The translations under genes and the position numbers were made by a program. Below are positions 57,051 through 64,000 of a stretch of DNA of 64,000 nt, piece by piece. The notes beneath the pieces are model-generated. The model was not told the DNA's origin. It ran no database searches and was given only the letters and a program-made list of their open reading frames with translations. The stretch comes from an uncultured virus (IMG/VR IMGVR_UViG_3300031884_000004) (taxonomy: Duplodnaviria > Heunggongvirae > Uroviricota > Caudoviricetes), in the IMG/VR virus record IMGVR_UViG_3300031884_000004; one strand, written 5' to 3'. Each line of letters begins with the position of its first letter. Position 1 is the first letter of the stretch.

Positions 57051-58004
57051 TTATGAACCGGTTACGGTGCCCGAAAGAGTAATAGCGCCCCATGTATTGG
57101 CTATATAAGTTGTTTCTGGTGCCACTGCCGTACAACTGACAGCTGAACCAGAAGAAACAGTAAGTCCGGTATTCGCTAATTCGCCCCATGTTGAATAGAT
57201 AGTTATAATGTTGCCGACATCACCATTTGATCCTTGCGTACCGTTTGACTTGATATTTACTACTATATCAGTATTTGTATAGTGAGTAGGTGCACCTGTT
57301 GCAACTTGAGTGAACACTGCTGCGTTAGACGTAGTAAGTGCATAATATCCGGTGTTGGCTAGAAGGGTTGGAGAATTGCCTCCACCACCTATTTTAGTAA
57401 TGCCGTTATAACTAACACCTACGATTGTCACAGTGCCGGAAGTGGGGGATGACATTACAATAGTGCCCACATTTGATGCTAGATTGTGAAATACCGTATC
57501 CATAGTAGTTGTGGTAGGAGAATGACTCATTGTCAATTTAATTTGTCCACCGGAGTTAAAGAAGTACCGAGCAGCGTCACCATTAGCAAATGAAACTGTA
57601 TGTGCAAAAGTAATGGCATGTGACCAAGATGATCCATACGTTGCAGTATTGGCTGACGTGCTACCTTGCGATGCGGCGTTAAATCTGTTGCTAAATATTG
57701 AAGTTATGTTCGTGGGAATACCAGATAGGTATGTTACTATACCACCAGTAGATGGTGCCGTTACTGCCGAAATTGATGTTCCTTGGTGACTTGCTGAGTT
57801 AGATGTTTTGTTGACTAAGTTTGCCCAATCTGATGCTGCTACAGTTGCACCTACAGCAACATTAGCGAGAGCAGTTTGTCCATACCCCGCTGAACCTGAT
57901 CCGGTCGCCCAAACAGCATTTAATGACGAGTTTCCAGTAGGATTGCCCCCTACAAAGGTATTATAGTCAGAAGCCTGTATAGTTCCATACTGTGAGTAAG
58001 TCAT
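57051..58004 (-). CDS. virion structural (tail/baseplate) protein
   Basis: Ser/Thr/Gly-rich; ARYFFNSGG motif; lies in the tail cluster. Confidence 0.7.
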   Translation of the reverse strand: MTYSQYGTIQASDYNTFVGGNPTGNSSLNAVWATGSGSAGYGQTALANVAVGATVAASDWANLVNKTSNSASHQGTSISAVTAPSTGGIVTYLSGIPTNITSIFSNRFNAASQGSTSANTATYGSSWSHAITFAHTVSFANGDAARYFFNSGGQIKLTMSHSPTTTTMDTVFHNLASNVGTIVMSSPTSGTVTIVGVSYNGITKIGGGGNSPTLLANTGYYALTTSNAAVFTQVATGAPTHYTNTDIVVNIKSNGTQGSNGDVGNIITIYSTWGELANTGLTVSSGSAVSCTAVAPETTYIANTWGAITLSGTVTGS

Positions 58005-58016
58005 CTCTATTCCTTA

Positions 58017-59240
58017 TTATCGAATCATAACGATAGCTTCTACAACACCTTCGCCATCTGTGGTTTTATCTGCTAATGCTCTTCCTATAGTATTAAATGC
58101 GGTTGCTTCACCGGAGTGAGCAGCACGAGCAATACCGTTACCTGCACTTACTAATCGCTGTCCTTTTAGTACTTTACCAGTAACTTTAACCTCTACTCTA
58201 CCGGAAACTGCAACAGGGGGATGAGTAGTATCATTGCCGGCGCCGGCATTCATTAGATATGCAGCAGTATCGGAAATAACACCGAATACATCTTCAGAAA
58301 GTTCATACTGCACTGCTGTTATTTCTTTGGTTCCGCCTAATTGTACTACTGTACCTGGAGAATATACATCGTCTGCTGCAAATCTTTCGGCCAAGTCAGC
58401 GTAAGTCGCTTGTAGTTGTGAACCCGATGATAGTGTCCAGGTACCTGTAAGCGTTCCGGCGGTTGTGTTTGCTCCAGTAGTTAATGTAGTAGCTTGCGTA
58501 GTTGTAGTTAATATCGCACCGTTATACGTTGGCAAGTATGATGCGACATTAGAATTGCCATATGAGCCGCCGATCGGAATAGATGCACCGTTTGCATAAT
58601 AATAATTATCAGTACGAATACCAATTCCAGATCCGGTAATCACTAGGTTGCCGCCGGTAACCCACATCGATGTTCCCGCAACACCATTTGCAGTTCCGGT
58701 TCCGTTTGCGGTCCAAACACCAGTTAGTGTTCCATTAGTAGATGCGCTACCTGATGTGATTGCAGTTGTCACCAAAGTACTAATGTTTGCAGTAGATGAT
58801 ACGTTTAGATTAGCAACGTTTGCGTTTGCGGTGGCTGTTAGATTGAAGAACGTACCGGTCGTGGCAGTAAGATTGTTTGTAACAGCCATGTTGTTTGCAG
58901 CAGCATTGCCAGTTACTGATATACTGCCAAACGTTGTAGTACCGGCTGAACCTGATTGCGCAAGAGACAGCCAAGCAGCAGCATTAGTAGTTCCGTCGGC
59001 CGGACAGACCAAGAGGGTATTTGATACTGTGTTGAACCAGAGTTGGCCTCTGATGGGATTAGACGGAGGTTGGCTGAATGCAAAATTTTCTAGCTGATGA
59101 ACAAAGTTTGTGTCTAATTGTTGACCATATCCTGCATAGTTTCGGCCCGGCAAACCCAGACTAGTACTAGTCGTGTTGATTGTACCGTCAGCGATAGTAG
59201 TGAGAGTCGTACCATCACTTTTTACGATTGTATATGCCAT
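58017..59240 (-). CDS. tail fibre protein with a C-terminal intramolecular-chaperone/peptidase G2-like domain
   Basis: GRNYAGYGQ..DTN..HQLENFA N-terminus; YADLAERF...GRVEVKV C-terminus. Confidence 0.75.
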   Translation of the reverse strand: MAYTIVKSDGTTLTTIADGTINTTSTSLGLPGRNYAGYGQQLDTNFVHQLENFAFSQPPSNPIRGQLWFNTVSNTLLVCPADGTTNAAAWLSLAQSGSAGTTTFGSISVTGNAAANNMAVTNNLTATTGTFFNLTATANANVANLNVSSTANISTLVTTAITSGSASTNGTLTGVWTANGTGTANGVAGTSMWVTGGNLVITGSGIGIRTDNYYYANGASIPIGGSYGNSNVASYLPTYNGAILTTTTQATTLTTGANTTAGTLTGTWTLSSGSQLQATYADLAERFAADDVYSPGTVVQLGGTKEITAVQYELSEDVFGVISDTAAYLMNAGAGNDTTHPPVAVSGRVEVKVTGKVLKGQRLVSAGNGIARAAHSGEATAFNTIGRALADKTTDGEGVVEAIVMIR

Positions 59241-59291
59241 AGTTAAGTTACTCCGTTATCCTTATTTATCTTAAAATTCGTGTTGCGTCGT

Positions 59292-61073
59292 TTAGGTTTT
59301 CATTATGAATGCTAATGCGTAGTACGGAGGAATACCGGTTGTAGTAGCTGATGCAGTGTGATTGTGAGCGTAGCCTGATCCTGTACTGTTGGTAGTTCCA
59401 CTATGATAGTGTGAAGGGTCAGACGTGCTGATGGCTGCATAACTAACACCAGTAGCTGTGTCTATTATTTCTAGTTGACCATTGTATTGTCCAAAAGCTC
59501 TATTGACTGCCCACGGACCATTATTATCAACTATATTATATAGAGGATGTGCGTGTCCAGAATCGCTAACCGAAATCCCAGTATAACTGCTATTGGTATC
59601 GAAGGTATGCTGGTGACCGGGTATTTCATCTACGGTTAATGTGTGCCCGTTTACCGATACCGAAGTGCTTAGTGTAGTTGAGCCGCCGGCAGAACCCGGA
59701 GAGTAAGAGCCTCCTGCGCCTATCACAAACCTATCTCTAAGATCCGGAGTTCCGTTTTGTCCGTTACAAAGGACCCACCCAGATGGAATAGAAGCAATAG
59801 AACCGGACCACATCGATATGAGACCTGAAGGAACAGATGATCCGGTAACCGAAATAGTTATTCCGCCCGGCGTGTTAGTGATGGTTACTCCAGACCCTGC
59901 TGTAAGCCCACTAAGCGAGAAGCCAGATCCATTACCTATAAGCAACTGACCATTGCTTGGAGTTGCTGCCAACCCTGTACCACCGTAATTTGGTGTGACG
60001 ATATTACCGTTCCAAGACCCGCTAGTGATCGTGCCTAACACAGATAGAGATGATAGTGTACCTACAGAAGTTATATTAGGTTGCGCAGCAGTAGTAACAG
60101 TGCCGGCCGTGATCGCTGACGTAGCAGTTGTCGCTGTACCTGCAGATGTCGCAGACGCTACTGGTCCAACTACGTTTCCACCGGAAACGATCACACCATT
60201 AATATTTGATCCAGCAGAAAGAGTCCAGTTGCCCGTAATTGTACCTGCAATCAAGTTTGATCCCGAATTTAGAGATACACCATTGAAAGTCGTTGCTCCG
60301 CTAGGTGCGCCAACATTACCAGTATATGTAGGTAAATATGAATTAACATTTGAGTTAGAATAGGTTCCCGCAAAAGAAATGGGTACTCCGTTCGCGTAAT
60401 AATAATTATCAGTACTAATGCCCAGCGAGCCCGGGCCGCTGATTACTAAATTTCCACCAGTAACCCACAGTGCAGTTCCAGATACACCGTTAGCAGTTCC
60501 TGTTCCATTTGCAGTCCATGTACCGATTATATTACCATTGGTAGATGTTGATCCTGTAGTAATATTATTTGTCCGCAATGTTACTATATTTGCAGTACCA
60601 GTGAGATTAGAATTTGCTATATTTGCATTTGATATATTTGCATTTGCTATCTGTGCTTGTACATTTACGGTTAAGTAGTTGGTATATATTACATTGGAAT
60701 TAAGATTATTAGTTAATGAGGCGTTGTTTGCATATATGTTGCTAGAAGCGTTCAAATTTCCTGTATTAATATTTCCGCTATTGTTAGCGGTAAGGAGCGC
60801 GATCCAATTGCTTTGATTGGTTTCACCGTCAGTCGGACAAACATACAGCGTGCTATTGGTAGTATTAAACCACAACTGACCTCTCAGAGCGTTTGCAGGT
60901 AAAGTACTATTTGCAAAATTTTCTAGTTGATGTACATAGTTTGTGTCGAATACTTGCCCGTAACCTGCGTAGTTGCGGCCTGGCAGACTTAGCGGCGTGC
61001 TGGTTATGTTGACGACACCATCTGGAATAGTCGTCAATAAAGTTCCGTCCGATTTGTAAATAGTATACGACAC
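59292..61073 (-). CDS. tail fibre protein with a tail-collar domain
   Basis: same N-terminus as 58017; IPSGWVLCNGQNGTPDLRDRF and PPYYALAFIMK. Confidence 0.8.
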   Translation of the reverse strand: MSYTIYKSDGTLLTTIPDGVVNITSTPLSLPGRNYAGYGQVFDTNYVHQLENFANSTLPANALRGQLWFNTTNSTLYVCPTDGETNQSNWIALLTANNSGNINTGNLNASSNIYANNASLTNNLNSNVIYTNYLTVNVQAQIANANISNANIANSNLTGTANIVTLRTNNITTGSTSTNGNIIGTWTANGTGTANGVSGTALWVTGGNLVISGPGSLGISTDNYYYANGVPISFAGTYSNSNVNSYLPTYTGNVGAPSGATTFNGVSLNSGSNLIAGTITGNWTLSAGSNINGVIVSGGNVVGPVASATSAGTATTATSAITAGTVTTAAQPNITSVGTLSSLSVLGTITSGSWNGNIVTPNYGGTGLAATPSNGQLLIGNGSGFSLSGLTAGSGVTITNTPGGITISVTGSSVPSGLISMWSGSIASIPSGWVLCNGQNGTPDLRDRFVIGAGGSYSPGSAGGSTTLSTSVSVNGHTLTVDEIPGHQHTFDTNSSYTGISVSDSGHAHPLYNIVDNNGPWAVNRAFGQYNGQLEIIDTATGVSYAAISTSDPSHYHSGTTNSTGSGYAHNHTASATTTGIPPYYALAFIMKT

Positions 61074-61096
61074 TATTGTCCCCTAATTATACTGTT

Positions 61097-61723
61097 TTAT
61101 ATGGTTATCAAATTAGTTAGGCTCTGAATTCTCACAGTGTAGTCGATCTGAATCTGTCTATTCAGCGACTTTTGTATAGGGTGAAAAATTACGTGAGTTA
61201 GTAGTTTAGTTATTACATTACCGCTACTGTCAGTACCGTAGTTAGCTAGTAAACCTAATTCATCAAAAACATAACTGGATGTAGTTTGAGTGCTGTTGTC
61301 AAATGCAGCTTGTCCAGATGGTTCACCGTAGTCAAGTAAGCATTGAACTAAAATATCAGTGTATAGGTTGCCTGTAGTGTGATACACCGTCATCTTATTT
61401 CTAGTAGGATCAAGGTTGAATACACTAGTATCATCTACTATTTTTGCATAAGTTTGATTGTATAGCGCCGCATTTTGACCGGTAGTATTAGGTGGAAGAT
61501 AGGTAATTACACCAGTCTCATCGACGGACGCTCCCCCGTCACCAAATGCCATTTGGTAGATTTCGCCATAGCCGCGACTGCTTAGCGTGTCTGCAATAGC
61601 TTCTGACATGTTTTCATAATTAATGCTGTTATCTTTGTCAACTAATACAATGTGATTATCCGGTTCTGTGACATCAGTTATTGTAATGTGCCCTTTAACC
61701 GACACCCTCATGTTAAATTCCAC
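61097..61723 (-). CDS. putative baseplate/tail structural protein
   Basis: FDELGL and LLTHVIFHPIQKSLNR motifs; tail context. Confidence 0.65.
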   Translation of the reverse strand: MEFNMRVSVKGHITITDVTEPDNHIVLVDKDNSINYENMSEAIADTLSSRGYGEIYQMAFGDGGASVDETGVITYLPPNTTGQNAALYNQTYAKIVDDTSVFNLDPTRNKMTVYHTTGNLYTDILVQCLLDYGEPSGQAAFDNSTQTTSSYVFDELGLLANYGTDSSGNVITKLLTHVIFHPIQKSLNRQIQIDYTVRIQSLTNLITI

Positions 61724-62381
61724 TGATATGATCCCTTTTCTTTCGGCCGCCTAATCCAACCCCGTGTTTTACTGCGGTCCAACCGTTTTTATTATGATAT
61801 ATATCTCTGTATTTATAGTTGTTGTCCTTTGCCCACTTAGCAAGTCCCTTAACATTGAAGGTTTCACCGGCGGGGGAGGTTATAGTCCAACTCAATGCAT
61901 TCGGGTTGTTTTCACCTGATCGGGCTGCTGACATTAACTGTTTGGTTTGTTTGCTTGCTGTAGTGCCAATTTTTTTCAATGCCATGCTTGCTTTGGCATC
62001 ATCGGTATGCCTGTAGCCTCGTCTACTATCTTTCCATGCTTGTGTTCGTTTAAAAACTTTAGTATGCTTCATGCCCAGTCGTGCGCCGGCCGGCGCATAC
62101 TTATCTGTGTTGTTGTAGTACGTTTCATCCGCGGGGACATTGTTCGGCTGCAAATATTCAATTGACTCGATTCTGCGAAGCTCTTTGTTATCAATGTCAC
62201 CTAAATCGGCTAGTATTATCTTCTTGAAGTTTTCTGCACCTAACGCTGCTATGTCTTTTTTTAGGTCAATACTTGACCCTAAGTAGTTATCATTGTTGTA
62301 TTGCTCACTTCCTATATACCGCCATGGCATAATACCGTGCGCTTTGTTGTATAAATTTTCTGTGATGTAGATAATACCCAC
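61713..62381 (-). CDS. GIY-YIG (Seg-like) homing endonuclease with NUMOD3-like repeats
   Basis: IIY...YIGS...YLGS...ENFKKIIL; HTDDAKASM and SGENNP motifs. Confidence 0.8.
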   Translation of the reverse strand: MGIIYITENLYNKAHGIMPWRYIGSEQYNNDNYLGSSIDLKKDIAALGAENFKKIILADLGDIDNKELRRIESIEYLQPNNVPADETYYNNTDKYAPAGARLGMKHTKVFKRTQAWKDSRRGYRHTDDAKASMALKKIGTTASKQTKQLMSAARSGENNPNALSWTITSPAGETFNVKGLAKWAKDNNYKYRDIYHNKNGWTAVKHGVGLGGRKKRDHISGI

Positions 62382-62531
62382 TTATATATCGCCTCTTTTA
62401 TGTACTATTACTTCCTTCGAATTTGGATCAAAAATCTTTATGCTAGAGGAAAAATAGTAACCACTAACTTCATCAGGCTTGCGTTCAGGGCGGGCCTGAT
62501 TCCCTTCACTATTTGACTTATATTCGTTCAT
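62382..62531 (-). CDS. 49-aa hypothetical protein
   Basis: manually translated MNEYK...IKIFDPNSKEVIVHKRGDI; TAAATA 5 nt upstream of the ATG. Confidence 0.6.
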   Translation of the reverse strand: MNEYKSNSEGNQARPERKPDEVSGYYFSSSIKIFDPNSKEVIVHKRGDI

Positions 62532-62546
62532 CTCATTATTTATCAT

Positions 62547-64000
62547 TTACGTGATGTCCGTTTGTAAGAATAATGCAGGTGTCGTAGTGCTGATTTGTAG
62601 TGGATCCCCGTCTATTGTATTGAAGGTGTAGGAGTTCCAAGTTTGATTATAGTAAACATCGTCTAGCTTGTTGCTAGTCAATAATCCAAATACTTCAGTG
62701 TACGCTGGTATATAAGATTGTTTAGCAGTACCGTTAACCCCGCGTTGAATACCAAGCAACGAATTACTTGCAATATCAACTGCATTAAATCTAATAGCTT
62801 CTCCGTTAACGTAGATGATATCTCCTTCAAGTACATTAATAGTTAAGGTGTTGCCAGTTGAAATGTAGCTTCCTGGAGTGATCTTTAGTGTTGGTGCAGT
62901 ATCTACTAGTACAACCTCATAATCATTGCTGCTGATAGTTTGATTTGGTGTAGTTGAAATATTTACAACAGATACAGCAGTGAGAATTCTCTTGTCCGCC
63001 GGCAATCCAATATAGTAGTAACCGTCGACGGATACAGTAGGTACCGTTGCAGTAAAGACTACATCCTGGATAACGCTGTTTACATCATTAACGTAAATCA
63101 CCGTAGTCAAGTCTTGAATAGATTCAGTTAACCAAGTTCTAGTTAACGTATTTGATCTATAAACCGATGCTACTCCATTCTTGTCTACGAAATTCATATA
63201 AGTCATTTCTTCTGGTGTCCAGTGTGCAATCATACTAGTAATAATTACTTTATCAGTTGATTGAATCTCAGCTAGAATACTGACCTCATTTGCAGGATTT
63301 ATTCTTAACTTAGATGATGGTACTCTCAATCCATTAACTGTTACCCAGATACGATCAGTGTATTGTTGTGACCATTGTGTTACGTTGATAGTGGCGGGAC
63401 CTGATGTCGTTAGCGTCTTAGATGGACCATCATATGTGTCAGACACCACAAATGTGGTGCCGTTAACTATTTCGCTAACATAGTATTCTGTTCCTGATAC
63501 TAGTCCACCGAAACTTAAGTCAGTGCCATTCAATGTGTAGTTTTCGCTAAAGTAAACTGGAGTGTTTACGATCAGATTTGCAGTAGAGGCAACCGTGATC
63601 GTATTGTTTGAGCTTGTTGTTGCAGTAGCAGTCGTAGTTGTGATGTTGAACGAGCCCGTTAACCAAGTATATCCACCAGAAATATAAGTAGATACGCCGA
63701 TTACTGGATAATTAGTTGCCCCCAACGTTGGATTATATCCAGTGTATCCCGAAACATCACTCTGATACAAGTCAAATACAGTATCAGTGATCACTCTAGC
63801 ATAGTAAATATTGTTGTTAAGCTGAATAGACCCAACTGTACCGTCAATTCTAACTAGAGAGTTTTCAGCGAATCCGTGTGGAATAGTAGTAGTCACCCTA
63901 GTAGTAGAAATTCCACCTACCTCAGCGAGCAACGTACCTGATGCATTCGACAGCGGTACTGCAACTCCGTATTGATCTTTTATAGTGAACGTATTACTGA
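62547..64000 (-). CDS. C-terminal part of a large baseplate/tail protein (begins beyond the window)
   Basis: Thr/Ser/Val-rich beta protein; GEAIRF...QRGVNGT; the frame appears open towards the window edge. Confidence 0.7.
   Translation of the reverse strand, partial: SNTFTIKDQYGVAVPLSNASGTLLAEVGGISTTRVTTTIPHGFAENSLVRIDGTVGSIQLNNNIYYARVITDTVFDLYQSDVSGYTGYNPTLGATNYPVIGVSTYISGGYTWLTGSFNITTTTATATTSSNNTITVASTANLIVNTPVYFSENYTLNGTDLSFGGLVSGTEYYVSEIVNGTTFVVSDTYDGPSKTLTTSGPATINVTQWSQQYTDRIWVTVNGLRVPSSKLRINPANEVSILAEIQSTDKVIITSMIAHWTPEEMTYMNFVDKNGVASVYRSNTLTRTWLTESIQDLTTVIYVNDVNSVIQDVVFTATVPTVSVDGYYYIGLPADKRILTAVSVVNISTTPNQTISSNDYEVVLVDTAPTLKITPGSYISTGNTLTINVLEGDIIYVNGEAIRFNAVDIASNSLLGIQRGVNGTAKQSYIPAYTEVFGLLTSNKLDDVYYNQTWNSYTFNTIDGDPLQISTTTPALFLQTDIT

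Noticed and set aside
1..64000. Stop-codon reassignment (alternative genetic code)
   Set aside because: Conserved genes are full-length in the standard code and end in TAA, TGA or TAG; only one in-frame TAA interruption was seen
1..64000. CRISPR array, DGR, retron or integrase
   Set aside because: No regularly spaced repeats and no RT, Cas or recombinase motifs were noticed by eye; short or degenerate arrays could have been missed

Overview
This is a 64-kb segment of a large T4-like/jumbo myophage genome, coded almost entirely on the minus strand in the standard genetic code. It holds replication/recombination genes (minimal DnaE-like polymerase, DEDD exonuclease, UvsW, UvsY, RecA/UvsX, gp32-like SSB, ThyA, DHFR), an RNA-repair pair (kinase plus Rnl1), a MoxR-like AAA/VWA pair, TerL, putative internal head proteins, spanins, an ~19-kb glycan biosynthesis/modification region and tail-fibre/baseplate genes. 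Main highlights: (1) the UvsW helicase is fractured at its DECH motif by a split intein, with a free-standing PD-(D/E)xK endonuclease between the halves; (2) a circularly permuted (two-piece) tmRNA with tag ANENDAYEGLALAA, suggesting an alphaproteobacterial host; (3) two distant, oppositely oriented HNH genes share a conserved ~70-nt structured leader; (4) two other endonuclease-like genes have a late promoter inside an RBS-sequestering hairpin; (5) a multi-domain putative virion-packaged effector; (6) several broken genes. All functional calls come from motif recognition by eye; no database searches or folding programs were run.
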